A stretch of 64,000 nt of DNA from Vicinamibacterales bacterium (GCA_041659285.1 JBAZYO010000002.1:105284-169283), one strand, 5' to 3'; shown: positions 1 to 10,127, counted from the first letter of the stretch. A program made the numbers and translations. The notes: generated from the letters alone by a model not told the origin.

Positions 1-585
1 GTGGGATCGTGGTTTGGCCGTTCGGCCGTGGTGCTCGGCGCCGCCGCCCGCGACACGCACGGCATCGTCCATTGCATCGATCCGTTCCCGCAGCGGGACG
101 ACTGGCGTCGCAATGCGGACGGCAGCTACTCATTCGAGGTGGCGGTCGATGGCCACCGCCACACCGGCTACCTGGAACAGACCGTGTGGCCGGCGCCGTT
201 CGAGGCGCAGATGGCGCCCATCTACGCCACCCATCCCAGTGTCTTCGACGGGTTCCTGGACAACGTCCGCGAGCGCGGGCTGCAGTCCGTGGTCCAGCCC
301 CATCGCGGCACCGCGTCCACCTTCGCCGGACAGGCTCCGCCCTCGTTCCAATGCCGCCTTCTGTTCCTTGACGGCGACCATGGCTATGCGGCGGTGCGGG
401 ACGACATCATGCGGTTGACGCCCTTCCTGGTCCCGGGCGGGTGGATTTGCTTCGACGATGCATTTTCCGGCTATGACGGCGTGAATCGCGCGGTCACCGA
501 GTTCATCATCGAGAGTCCCGAGTTCGATCTCAAGCGGCAGATGACCCGGAAATGCTTTGCCGCGAGGAAGGCGCTGCGTCGCTGA
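1..585 (+). CDS. class I SAM-dependent methyltransferase (Methyltransf_24/CmcI-like); 5' end probably outside the window
   Basis: The ORF is open from the window edge. The C-terminal motif LLFLDGDHGYAAVRDDIMRLTPFLVPGGWICFDD is typical of this MTase family. Confidence 0.65.
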   Translation: MGSWFGRSAVVLGAAARDTHGIVHCIDPFPQRDDWRRNADGSYSFEVAVDGHRHTGYLEQTVWPAPFEAQMAPIYATHPSVFDGFLDNVRERGLQSVVQPHRGTASTFAGQAPPSFQCRLLFLDGDHGYAAVRDDIMRLTPFLVPGGWICFDDAFSGYDGVNRAVTEFIIESPEFDLKRQMTRKCFAARKALRR

Positions 586-599
586 GGCGCGGACATGCG

Positions 600-1319
600 A
601 TGAAGCGGGTCGCGATTCTCCAGTCGAACTACATTCCGTGGAAGGGGTATTTCGACCTCATCCACGACGTCGATACGCTCGTGTTTTATGACGACGTCCA
701 GTACACGACCAACGACTGGCGGAACCGCAATCGCATCAAGACCGCGTCGGGGCCGCAATGGCTGACCATACCCGTGGGCAAGCACATGCACCGCCGGATC
801 TGCGACGTCACGCTGCCATGGGACGGGGCCTGGGCGGAGACGCACTGGCGCCGGATTGAGGCGGCCTATCGGCATACGCCGTACTTCCCGCAGTACCGCG
901 ACTACTTCGAGGCCTTGTATCGAGGACGCCGGTCGACATCGTTGTCTGAGCTGAACCAGGCATTCGTGATGGGCATCTGCCGCGACCTGCTCGGCGTGGC
1001 GACACGGTTCGAGCAGTCCGGCGACTACGCGCTGACCGGGACGAAAGGCGCGCGCGTCTTCGACCTGCTCGATCAAGTCGGTGCCGACGTGTACGTCTCC
1101 GGACCTGCCGCACGTGCCTACCTCACCGACGACGCTTTCACGGCGCGCGGCATGAGCGTCGTCTGGAAGGACTACAGCGGATACCCGGAGTATCCCCAGG
1201 CGCACGGTCCGTTTCGCCACGACGTCAGCATCCTTGACTTGTTGTTCCACACCGGACCCGACGCGCCGTGGCACATCTGGGGCTGGCGCGAGACCGCCGC
1301 TCGGGTGGTGGCGGCGTGA
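600..1319 (+). CDS. WbqC family protein (sugar-modification accessory protein)
   Basis: The N-terminus MKRVAILQSNYIPWKGYFDLIHDVDTLVFYDDVQY is the WbqC hallmark. I chose the ATG at 600 because the 16 residues upstream of it look like non-coding junk. Confidence 0.8.
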   Translation: MKRVAILQSNYIPWKGYFDLIHDVDTLVFYDDVQYTTNDWRNRNRIKTASGPQWLTIPVGKHMHRRICDVTLPWDGAWAETHWRRIEAAYRHTPYFPQYRDYFEALYRGRRSTSLSELNQAFVMGICRDLLGVATRFEQSGDYALTGTKGARVFDLLDQVGADVYVSGPAARAYLTDDAFTARGMSVVWKDYSGYPEYPQAHGPFRHDVSILDLLFHTGPDAPWHIWGWRETAARVVAA

Positions 1320-4057
1320 CCACGACACGCGACTCGATCGTGGACGCGGAGCGATGGCTTGCCGGAGTGCCGGTCGAGGGCTCTTCGGCGCTTTGTGTCA
1401 TTGGCCTCGGTCAGGGCTGTCTGCTGGATGCGTTGGACCAGCGCGGCTGGAGCGGCCGTGTCGTCGCGCTGGAGCCGGACACCTCCTCGTCGCCCGAAGG
1501 CCTCGGTCGGCCTCAGGTCCAGGCATGGCTGAACGCGGGCCGGCTCACGATCGTAGCCGGTCCCACCTACGACGGTCTCGACCGCGCGCTGTTGTCGATC
1601 GAGTTGACCTCGGAGAAGCCGGTGATCGTACTGAATCCGTCGGTGGCGCGCGCGCATCGGGATCAGGCCATGCAGGCCGCTCGGCTCATTGGCCGCGCGT
1701 GGTTTGGGGCACGAGCCAACCAGGAGGCCAAGCGCCAGAACGGCGGGCGCTACCTGCTCAACACGCTGCGCAACGCCCGGACGATAGCGGCGGAGGGCGA
1801 CGCCGCGGCGCTGGCGGGCATTGGCGCGCACGTGCCCGCAATTGTGGTCGGCGCCGGCCCCTCGCTCGACCGCAACCTGCCCGACATCGCGGCGTACCGC
1901 GATCGCGCGCTGATCATCGCCGCGGACACGTCGCTGCGGCCGCTGCTGGCGGCGGGCATCCATCCCGACCTGGTGGTGGCCCTCGATCCAACGGAAACCA
2001 ACGCGCGCCATCTCACCGAGCTGCCGCCGTGTCCCGGCACCTTCCTGGTCGCGGAAGGCAGCCTCGATCCGGAAGCGTTGCCTCACTTCGCGGGCCGCAC
2101 GTTCTTCTTCAACGTGTCGGATCACCATCCGTGGCCGTGGTTGCGGAGCCTTGGCGTCAGCCGCGGCCGGCTGCGTGCCTGGGGGTCGGTCCTGACCACG
2201 GCGTTCGACCTCGCGTTGACCATGGACTGCGATCCGATCGTGTTCGCCGGGGCGGACCTGGCGTTCACCGATGGTCGGCCGTACGCGCGAGGCACGACGT
2301 TTGAGGAGGTCTGGTACCGCGCCCAAGCGTGGGGACAGCCTCTCGAGGAGTGCTGGTCCGCCGCTGTCGCGGCGTGGCCGGAGACTTTCGAGACGGACGT
2401 ACGTGGCGCGTCGGTCCGCACGGCCCCGCACTTGCGGGCGTTCCGCGATTGGATCGCGACGGAAGCGGGCCGAGCGGTGGGTCGTACGATCTTCAACGGC
2501 ACCGGTGCCGGCATCCTGCTCGGACCGGGCATCGTTCAAGCGTCGCTCGAACTGACGCTCTCGCACTTGCCGGCGCTCGCAACGGCCGCGCGCGACCGCA
2601 TCGCAGGCACCTGCCGCCCGAACAGGCAGGCGGTATGTCCTTTCCCGGCCGAAATCGACACGCCTACGCTCAACGCCTGGCGCGGCTTCGGCGGCACCGA
2701 CTGCAACGTCGAAGCGGTGATGCGGGCACTGGGTCGGTGCGGCGGTCCCGGCCCTCCGGTCGATCTGCCGCCTGCCGTTCGGCCGGCGGCCAACCCGACG
2801 ACGGATTCGGCGGAAGTGGTTCTGGAATGCACGGCGGCGGACCGTGACCTCGTCTCTACAATCGAGGACGCGTGGCGACGCCTGGGCGATGTCGATCGAC
2901 TGGTCCTGCTCGACCAGACCGGCGCGCCCGGCGGCGCGTCGGTGAGGCGGGCCCTCTTCCGCTTTCTCGAACGCCATCCAGACGTCACCGCCCGTCACGG
3001 CCGTTTTTTCGATCCGTTCAGCAAGACCTCCTGGGTCGACAGGCGCTCGCCCGGCGAGTTGTTTCCAGGACTGGACCTCGACAAGTTTGCCCCGCATCAC
3101 GAGGCAGTGGCGATGCGCCTCGCTCCGCTGCTCGTCGAGCACTTCACGCCAGGATCGGTGCTCGACATCGGGTGCGGGGCAGGCTATTGGCTGCGCGCAC
3201 TTGAATCACACGGAGTGGCCGACGTGTGCGGTGTCGAAGGCGAAGATCTGGCCACCTTCGCCCCAACGCGCTCCTTCGATCTGTGTCTCTGTCTCGGTGT
3301 TGTCCAGCGGCTCCATGCCCAGGCAGCCGACGCCGTCGTCGCCGCCTGCACCAAGGCCAGCGATACCGTCGCGTTCTCGGTAGCGGCCGCGGCCATTGGG
3401 GCGCCGGGCTATATCAACGAGCGGCCGTCGAGCGTGTGGCACGAGCTGTTCCTGGAGCACGGGTTCGCCGCCCACGACGAACTCCGTCCGATCGTCGAGG
3501 AACGCTGGGGCGGCTACCGCTCGTCGTACGACTTGCTGACGGTGTATCGTCGCGTCGCGAGCGGGGGTAACCAGCTCTCCGCCCCGACACGGAGTGCACT
3601 CATCGCGGCGGCCCGCCGCGCCGACGACCTCGTGCTGCAGACTCATTGGTACGCACACGCCCTCGGCGCCGTGCCACGGGCCACCGGCAAGCCGGCGATG
3701 CCGCAGGTGCGCTACGAGCGGCTGACGATACCTCCGGCGCGGATGGAATCCGGAGGCGCCAAGGGCGTGCGCGTGTTTCGATTCCGTGCCGCCGCCGCGC
3801 TGTCGCTCCTCGCACCAGGCGCCGAACCGCCGAGCCTTCATGAGGACCAGCGCCCGCTGCGGCGCCTCGAGTCGGCCGAACAGGACCGGTCCGGCCTCTT
3901 CGGCACGTTCGCAGTGCACCAGGATTCGATCGCGTTCTCCGCTGCCGACGGCAGTGATCCGCGCCACAACGGACGACACTACACAGTGTCCGTGCCGGCC
4001 CACATTGCCTGGCTCGAGCGCCTTCCCATCGCGACCATTCTGGAGCACGGCTTGTGA
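1316..4057 (+). CDS. large multidomain Maf-like protein: DUF115/MptE-like domain plus class I SAM methyltransferase domain plus unknown C-terminal region
   Basis: The GTG at 1316 overlaps the previous stop (GTGA). The DUF115 core reads VVGAGPSLDRNLPDIAAYRDRALIIAADTSLRPLLAAGIHPDLVVALDP. The MTase motif I reads VLDIGCGAGYWLRALESHG. An alternative ATG lies at 1268. Confidence 0.7.
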   Translation: MTTTRDSIVDAERWLAGVPVEGSSALCVIGLGQGCLLDALDQRGWSGRVVALEPDTSSSPEGLGRPQVQAWLNAGRLTIVAGPTYDGLDRALLSIELTSEKPVIVLNPSVARAHRDQAMQAARLIGRAWFGARANQEAKRQNGGRYLLNTLRNARTIAAEGDAAALAGIGAHVPAIVVGAGPSLDRNLPDIAAYRDRALIIAADTSLRPLLAAGIHPDLVVALDPTETNARHLTELPPCPGTFLVAEGSLDPEALPHFAGRTFFFNVSDHHPWPWLRSLGVSRGRLRAWGSVLTTAFDLALTMDCDPIVFAGADLAFTDGRPYARGTTFEEVWYRAQAWGQPLEECWSAAVAAWPETFETDVRGASVRTAPHLRAFRDWIATEAGRAVGRTIFNGTGAGILLGPGIVQASLELTLSHLPALATAARDRIAGTCRPNRQAVCPFPAEIDTPTLNAWRGFGGTDCNVEAVMRALGRCGGPGPPVDLPPAVRPAANPTTDSAEVVLECTAADRDLVSTIEDAWRRLGDVDRLVLLDQTGAPGGASVRRALFRFLERHPDVTARHGRFFDPFSKTSWVDRRSPGELFPGLDLDKFAPHHEAVAMRLAPLLVEHFTPGSVLDIGCGAGYWLRALESHGVADVCGVEGEDLATFAPTRSFDLCLCLGVVQRLHAQAADAVVAACTKASDTVAFSVAAAAIGAPGYINERPSSVWHELFLEHGFAAHDELRPIVEERWGGYRSSYDLLTVYRRVASGGNQLSAPTRSALIAAARRADDLVLQTHWYAHALGAVPRATGKPAMPQVRYERLTIPPARMESGGAKGVRVFRFRAAAALSLLAPGAEPPSLHEDQRPLRRLESAEQDRSGLFGTFAVHQDSIAFSAADGSDPRHNGRHYTVSVPAHIAWLERLPIATILEHGL

Positions 4058-4065
4058 CCAGCGTC

Positions 4066-5403
4066 TCACAATAGTTCGATCGCGGATCGCGTCCGCTTAT
4101 ACCCCCTACCAGTTGAGTGGGTGCTCGCCGCGCCGGCGAGCAACCGCTCCGCCATCTCGCTGCCCACGACGATGCGCAGGATGCGTTCCATGTGCGCGTC
4201 CTCATCGTGGTGCTGCGCAACATACCGAAGATTGGCGGCGCGCATCCGTAGGCGTGCCTGCCGATCCGCCAAGAGTCGATCGACGGCACCCCCGGCTTCT
4301 TCTGGTGACGTACAGTTGACGAGGACTGCCCCGAGACCTTGATCGATCGCCTCCCGATAGGTCGCCTGATCGCCAATCACGCCAACACCTCCGGACGCCG
4401 CGCATTGAAGGACAGAAAGCGATAATGGCTCGTCTTGCTGGGTCAGCGACACGAACACATCCGAGATGGACATGAGCTCAGCCACTTGGTCGAGAGGGGC
4501 ATCGCCATCAACGCCAATGAAACGGGAACCGACACCAGCGCTCGCGGCACGCCGGCGTGCTTCGGCCATCGCGACCTCAGTGCCTAAACCGCCGAGAAAG
4601 ACCAAATACGTGCGTGGACGACGCGAGGCCAGATCCAGCAGCCCCTCCAGCGCAACCTCGGAACCCCAGAACGGCCGAAGTCGCCGAACGTTCATGACCA
4701 CCTCCGCGCCCCTCGGGATGCCATACCTGGCGGCAATCTCTGCCGCTTTGGCCTCCGGTGCCGGGGCGAACTGTTGGCGGTTGACGCCCAAAGAGATAAC
4801 GGCCGTCCGTTGTGATGGCACTTCGAACTGGTTGATGATGCGCTGCTGAACGCCGCGCGATCCAGCGATGACGTACGTCACCCGCTGCAGGGCCGACTTC
4901 ATCAACTCCGCCGCTGTATCTGACGTGTTACAGAATTGCAGCACATCCCCGCCCCACGCGAAGAGCGTGCGCCGCACGTTGGTGCAGAGAGCGGTCGCCG
5001 TCCCGTATGCGAACGCCTCGTGGCCCAGCACAGCAATTGGACTCAGGGCGTTGACGGCGGCCGCAATCGCGAGACCATCGGCGAGGGGAGGCAGAAGCGA
5101 AGGCGGCTGGGCGCCGCCCTCCCACGACGCGAGGGCGGTCGCCACTCTGTCAGCCGTGGCTCTGTGTAGTTCCGATTCGAGTCGGGCGAGCACGGGCAGG
5201 ACGAGGTCAAGTACGGAGCGAACCTCGCGCGCCATTCCGTGCTCCGCCGCGACGACACGCACACCATCCGCGTTGACGCTGGGACCATCCCAGTGATGGG
5301 CCGTGACGATTGCGACCTCGATGCCCCGTTCCTTCCAATAGCGCGCCATCGATTGGACAAATGTCGATTTGGGGTTACCGATCAACACCAGGGGTCGCCG
5401 CAT
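4066..5403 (-). CDS. GT-B fold glycosyltransferase (GT4-like)
   Basis: A 445 aa ORF. The C-terminal half (VMNVRRLRPFWG...YLVFLGGLG...DVFVSLTQQDEPLSLSVLQCAASGGVGV) fits the GT-B donor-binding domain. Confidence 0.65.
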   Translation of the reverse strand: MRRPLVLIGNPKSTFVQSMARYWKERGIEVAIVTAHHWDGPSVNADGVRVVAAEHGMAREVRSVLDLVLPVLARLESELHRATADRVATALASWEGGAQPPSLLPPLADGLAIAAAVNALSPIAVLGHEAFAYGTATALCTNVRRTLFAWGGDVLQFCNTSDTAAELMKSALQRVTYVIAGSRGVQQRIINQFEVPSQRTAVISLGVNRQQFAPAPEAKAAEIAARYGIPRGAEVVMNVRRLRPFWGSEVALEGLLDLASRRPRTYLVFLGGLGTEVAMAEARRRAASAGVGSRFIGVDGDAPLDQVAELMSISDVFVSLTQQDEPLSLSVLQCAASGGVGVIGDQATYREAIDQGLGAVLVNCTSPEEAGGAVDRLLADRQARLRMRAANLRYVAQHHDEDAHMERILRIVVGSEMAERLLAGAASTHSTGRGYKRTRSAIELL

Positions 5404-5654
5404 GCGCGCAAGACCTGCAAGGTGGCAGCCAGCCCTCTGTTGGCCTTGCTCTTGCTCTGATTCGTCGGCACGGCCTGTTTTTCGGGGGAATTGCCGCGCG
5501 CGCTATCGCCCGGCGTCGGCCCCACGGCAGCCGGTGTCGAAGTATCGACAGCGTCGGTTATGAGCAACCGGGACCTGGGCGGCAGGCTCAGTAACGCCAG
5601 GAAGACGGACCAGTTGATAACGATCAGAACGAAGGTCAGACAAGGCGATCGACC

Positions 5655-7355
5655 GTGAAGGCGTTGGCTAGAACCGTGCACGCACCACATTCCGGGGACC
5701 TGACGATGTTGTCGTCCTTATCTCGCGGGGCCACAGCCGCAACCGGACCGCGGCGTCGGGTGCTCGTGTTCCGAAGCTGCCGAATGCCACAGTTCCGGTC
5801 TGCGCTGGAGCAGGTGAGACGTCAGCATCCATCGGCAGACGTCTGGGCGTTGACTCACGAGGACTTCTCCGACCAGGTGCTGGCGACCGGTGTTGACCAG
5901 GTGGTGACCCATCGTGCGACCCGCCTTGGCGCCGCTCGACTCGGGCTCAGGCTCCTGATGCGGTTGCGGCGGCTCGACTTCGATGTCGTTGTCATCCCAC
6001 TCATGAGCGCCCAACTCGGACCCGCGGCCAATCTGATGCGGCTGGCCGCTTGTCTCGGCGCCCCCACGGTGTCGCTACATGTCGGCGGGGCGCCGATGCG
6101 GACAAACCCGCTTCGAATCTTCCGCCGGCTTGCGGTCGCCGCGACGCTGAACTGTCGGGACATCGTCATATTGGGGCAAATGCTGCGGGCGGCCGTTCGG
6201 CACCGACCAGCCGGAGAGCCCAGGCTGACCGGAGCGCCGATGCGCGTTCTGCACATCATCAATAGCCTTGGCGTGGGTGGCGCGCAGACGCAGTGCGCGG
6301 AACTGGTGAACTGCACGCCGCGTGGGCAGTTCGATATCGACGTCCTGGTGTTGGCTAACGACAGCGATTTCTCGCTGAACCGGCTACGCCGCAGCGACGT
6401 CTCAATCGCCTACCTGGAGTCCGATTGGCACTCCGGCACTATCGTGGACTCCATCGCTGAACACTGCCGGCGCGGTCGGTACGACGTTGTCCACACATGG
6501 CTGCCCATGGCGAACATGGTGGGTACGGCCGCCGCCCGGTTGGCTGGCGTGCCTCGGATCTTGGCATCGGTACGAAGCGTCAACCCGGGGAACTTCCCGC
6601 AATGGCGGCAATGGTGGCATCGCATCGGCGATGTTCTGGCGGCTCGGATCGCAGATGTTGTCACCGTCAATGCCCAGCCGCTCGTCAAGGATCACGCCGG
6701 GTGGGCTCTGATGAATCCGCGCCGCGTCCAGGTCGTGCACAACGGCATCGATCCGTCTTTCATTCAAGAGGACTTGGCGGCTGCGCGCACATGGTTGCGC
6801 CAGTCGCTGGCCATTGCGGCTGACACGCCCCTGATCGGGTGCGTTGGGCGCTTGGCCATCGAGAAGGACCAGGCGACACTCGTACGCGCGCTCGCCCTGC
6901 TTCGGGATGACCGCGTCCGATTCCACGCGGTCCTGGTGGGCGACGGAGCGTGCGAGGCCGCTCTGCGGGCGCTGGTCGTCGACCTGGGTCTGGGTGATTG
7001 CATTTCGTTTCTTGGCGCGCGCACCGATGCCCGCCGGATCATGGCGGGTCTTGACGTGCTGGCCCTGACGTCGCGTTTCGAAGGCTTTCCCAACGTCTTG
7101 CTCGAGGCCGGGCTTCTGGGTGTACCTGTTGTTTCGACTGATGCCGGTGGCGTCATCGATGTGCTGGCCGATGCGGAGGGGCTCTGTCCGTGCGGCGACG
7201 CGCGGGCCGTGGCCAAGGCACTGTCGTCAACGATCCGACATCCCGAGCGGACCGCGGCGAGGGCGGTGCGGTTGAAGGCCCGGTGCCATGAGCACTTCAC
7301 CGCTGATCGGATGGTGGCGAAGTGGATGGCGCTGTACCAGCACGGCGCGGCGTGA
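5655..7355 (+). CDS. glycosyltransferase family 4 with a ~195 aa N-terminal extra module
   Basis: The canonical GT4 begins at the internal MRVLHIINSLGVGGAQTQ (ATG 6240) and ends with the EGFPNVLLEAGLLGVPVVSTDAGG motif. The N-terminal module is paralogous to the separate ORF 12629-13153. Confidence 0.75.
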   Translation: MKALARTVHAPHSGDLTMLSSLSRGATAATGPRRRVLVFRSCRMPQFRSALEQVRRQHPSADVWALTHEDFSDQVLATGVDQVVTHRATRLGAARLGLRLLMRLRRLDFDVVVIPLMSAQLGPAANLMRLAACLGAPTVSLHVGGAPMRTNPLRIFRRLAVAATLNCRDIVILGQMLRAAVRHRPAGEPRLTGAPMRVLHIINSLGVGGAQTQCAELVNCTPRGQFDIDVLVLANDSDFSLNRLRRSDVSIAYLESDWHSGTIVDSIAEHCRRGRYDVVHTWLPMANMVGTAAARLAGVPRILASVRSVNPGNFPQWRQWWHRIGDVLAARIADVVTVNAQPLVKDHAGWALMNPRRVQVVHNGIDPSFIQEDLAAARTWLRQSLAIAADTPLIGCVGRLAIEKDQATLVRALALLRDDRVRFHAVLVGDGACEAALRALVVDLGLGDCISFLGARTDARRIMAGLDVLALTSRFEGFPNVLLEAGLLGVPVVSTDAGGVIDVLADAEGLCPCGDARAVAKALSSTIRHPERTAARAVRLKARCHEHFTADRMVAKWMALYQHGAA

Positions 7356-7404
7356 GGGTGAGGGCCTGGTACGACCGACTGTTGCCAGACAAAGGAGACA
7401 GACA

Positions 7405-8733
7405 GTGAAAATCGACTTGCTCGAGTGGATTTGTTGCCCGGACTGCAAGAGCGACCTGGCGCTCGCAGTGACCACCGGCGATGCCACGACCGTGACTGAA
7501 GGCACGCTGGCCTGCGCGACGTGCCACGCCAGCTATCCGATTGTGAGGGGCGTGCCGCGGTTCGTTCGTCATGATGGTTATGTCGGCACCTTCTCATACG
7601 AATGGAACAAGTGGAGTCGCGTCCAGCTCGACCCGGCCAACGGCGGGCGCGAATCGGAAGAGACCTTCACCGAGAAGACCGGCTTCACACCCGGCGACCT
7701 GCGCGGCAAGCTTGTACTCGATGTCGGCTGCGGCGCCGGACGTTTCCTCGACATCGCCTCGCGCTGGGGCGCGCGGTCCATCGGCATCGACTTCTCGTTC
7801 GCGGTCGAAGCATCGCAGGCGAATCTCGGACTGCGGCCCAATGTTGACGTCATCCAGGCTGACGTGTTCCATTTGCCGTTCCGCGATGAGATCTTCGACG
7901 CCATCTTCTCGATCGGCGTCCTTCACCACACTCGCAATACGCGTGAGGCGTTTCTGTCGCTGCCTCGGCACCTGAAGAGCGGTGGTGAGATCGCGGTGTG
8001 GCTTTACTACTACACCGATCCACTCTACAACCGCGCCACGGATTTCTGGCGGCGCGTGGTGGGCGGGTGGCCCAACGGCGCCATCTATGCGTGGTCGTGG
8101 CTGCTCTGCTTTCTCTTCTCTGGGCTGTACAGGCGGCCGTTCATGTCGCGCTGGCCATGGGGCCACCTCCGTCGCGTACTACCGGTTAACACGCATCCAG
8201 ACTGGCATTGGCGTGTACTCGACACGTTCGATTGGTACTCGCCGGTATATCAAGACAAGGACTGCTCGCCCGAGCGCGTCGTCAATTGGTGCCGCGAGGG
8301 CGGCCTGCGTGGCGTGGAGCTCCTCACCTTCCCCACCTCCATTCGCGCGCGCAAGGATCCCAAGGGGACACTCCCGCTCCTTAAGGCACTCCCTGACTTG
8401 AGTAACAAGCGCCTCGTGGTGTTCGGGGCCGGCGCGGCAGGTCTACTGGCCTTCGAGCAGCTCCAGAAAATCGGTATTCCCAACCAAGTGGTCGCAGTGT
8501 GCGATAACGACCCGGCAAAGGCTGGCGCGCGCTTCGCGGGGCATACGGTCAGGCCCTTTGATGATGTGCCACGGGACAGCTATGACCACATCGTCATCGC
8601 ATCGCCGGGCGGCCTGCCCGCCATCTCCGCGCAACTCAGCCAGGCTGGCTTGGTGGACAAGCGCGACTTCTTTTCGCTGGGATTCGTCGAAAACCTCACG
8701 CCGCTGCTCCGCTTGGCCAGTTCGGAAACGTAG
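7405..8733 (+). CDS. Trm112-like zinc-ribbon plus class I SAM methyltransferase (Methyltransf_11) plus C-terminal Rossmann-like domain protein
   Basis: The GTG at 7405 is preceded by AAGGAG. Domain motifs are CPDCKSDL...CATCHASYPIVRGVPRF (Trm112-like), VLDVGCGAGRFLD (MTase motif I) and KRLVVFGAGAAGLLAFEQL (Rossmann-like GxGxxG). Confidence 0.7.
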   Translation: MKIDLLEWICCPDCKSDLALAVTTGDATTVTEGTLACATCHASYPIVRGVPRFVRHDGYVGTFSYEWNKWSRVQLDPANGGRESEETFTEKTGFTPGDLRGKLVLDVGCGAGRFLDIASRWGARSIGIDFSFAVEASQANLGLRPNVDVIQADVFHLPFRDEIFDAIFSIGVLHHTRNTREAFLSLPRHLKSGGEIAVWLYYYTDPLYNRATDFWRRVVGGWPNGAIYAWSWLLCFLFSGLYRRPFMSRWPWGHLRRVLPVNTHPDWHWRVLDTFDWYSPVYQDKDCSPERVVNWCREGGLRGVELLTFPTSIRARKDPKGTLPLLKALPDLSNKRLVVFGAGAAGLLAFEQLQKIGIPNQVVAVCDNDPAKAGARFAGHTVRPFDDVPRDSYDHIVIASPGGLPAISAQLSQAGLVDKRDFFSLGFVENLTPLLRLASSET

Positions 8734-8873
8734 CGCCACAATCTGATCGGCATGCTCTGCATCGACGCCGTCGGCATGGTGCAACGCGATTTCGACCGCT
8801 ACCTGCCGCTGTGTGCTGACGGCTGCATTCTTTCGGTCGACGCATCTATCGTCTGTGGGGCACTGATGTTTGC

Positions 8874-10127
8874 CTAGCCGCGGGCCGTCCGCAGGTCGTC
8901 ATGCTCGAAGGCGGACGCCATCCGGTCGAGCGCCGCCGTCGAGAGACCGTGCCGCGCGCCTTCCTCGCGCCACGTCGAGACGGCGTGCCCAACGGCCCCA
9001 GCCAGGGCCCGTGCCTTACCGGCATCGAGTTCAAAGTAGCCGGCCACCGCCATCGCCAGGGCGAGGGATGCCGTGGTGTCGTCTTCGTTGATGGCCGTGG
9101 TGAGGATGCGCGGCTTGATATCGACGGGCACCGGATTGAGGTCGAAAGCGGGCGACAGTCGCCAGCCGCCTGGTCCTTCGTACAGAAACCCGTGGTTACG
9201 CAGGTGGTCGTCGGTATTCGAGATCAGGATGTTGAAGACCATCCGGCACCAGAGCGCCTGAATGTCTTCCCGCGGCGCGGCCCCATGCTGTCGCAGGGCA
9301 TCGACGATTTCGAGATAGCTCCGCGTCTCGGTGTCTCGAGCGCCCAGCATGCTCATGGCCGACAGATACGGAATGCGCCGCCGGCCGTCCCGATCGAAAC
9401 GCCGCAGCAGGAGCACGGATTTGCCCGCCACGGTTTCGAGGCGGGCGGCGGGAACCCTGAGACCGGCCTTCCGAGCCAACGCCAGGGCCACCGCCTCCCA
9501 CACCACCGTGTCGTATTCATCGTCGCGGTGGGGGAACTTCGCGATGGCGAGGCTGCCGTCCTGCTCTCGCACCGACGCCTTGGGCCGGGCACCGCCCAGC
9601 GACGAGCCCGGCGCAACGAGCAGGCGCAGGTCCTCGTCGGTGTCTTCGTCGTCCACCACGCGCTCGGCGGCCGACAACAGCCTCGGGAGTTCGACCAGAG
9701 GCGGGATGCGCGTGCCCCCCTGTTCGCGCAAGAACGGTCCGCCTTCGTGTTCGGCAAATCGTAACGCACCCTGTCGCGCCTCGTCGTCCACAAGCAGGAG
9801 GTAGTCGATCTCCTGGAGAGTGCGGGGGACGCTCCCCACTTTCGCCGAGCGCCGGCGTTCCATACGCCGCATCAGCGCCCGGCCCCAACGGTCCGGCGCC
9901 GAATCCCCGATGGCGCCAAACATCGGCGCGTCCGCGGGGGTGTGAAACGGACCGGGGCCCAGCTTGAGGGCCGGCTCCAGCGAGAAACGCCGGGCATGCC
10001 GCAGCCACCCGGCGTCGTATTCAAAGGTCGCGGTCTCCCGGTTCTTGCGGACACGAGCCCAAAGACGTCCGACGAGATGCGGGACACCTGCCAGGTCGGC
10101 GTGGACGAGGATTTCCCGATCCATCAC
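8874..10127 (-). CDS. hipA: HipA-family serine/threonine kinase toxin (type II TA)
   Basis: The protein has a HipA N-terminal coupling domain and the kinase-core motif NTDDHLRNHGFL. Its start overlaps the stop of the upstream HTH gene (GTGATG). Confidence 0.85.
   Translation of the reverse strand: MMDREILVHADLAGVPHLVGRLWARVRKNRETATFEYDAGWLRHARRFSLEPALKLGPGPFHTPADAPMFGAIGDSAPDRWGRALMRRMERRRSAKVGSVPRTLQEIDYLLLVDDEARQGALRFAEHEGGPFLREQGGTRIPPLVELPRLLSAAERVVDDEDTDEDLRLLVAPGSSLGGARPKASVREQDGSLAIAKFPHRDDEYDTVVWEAVALALARKAGLRVPAARLETVAGKSVLLLRRFDRDGRRRIPYLSAMSMLGARDTETRSYLEIVDALRQHGAAPREDIQALWCRMVFNILISNTDDHLRNHGFLYEGPGGWRLSPAFDLNPVPVDIKPRILTTAINEDDTTASLALAMAVAGYFELDAGKARALAGAVGHAVSTWREEGARHGLSTAALDRMASAFEHDDLRTARG

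Noticed and set aside
1172-3142. A 656 aa minus-strand ORF antisense to the large Maf-like gene.
   Set aside because: The composition is Arg/Ala/Gly/Pro-rich, as expected of shadow ORFs in high-GC DNA. It has no recognisable motif, whereas the opposite strand carries clear DUF115 and MTase motifs.
5382-5690. A 102 aa minus-strand ORF in the divergent intergenic region, with a hydrophobic stretch (LTFVLIVINWSVFLALLSL).
   Set aside because: Its only ATG overlaps the start of the opposite GT gene, no RBS is visible, and it runs out of frame into the 4066-5403 gene. It could be a real small membrane protein, but the sequence alone does not support that.
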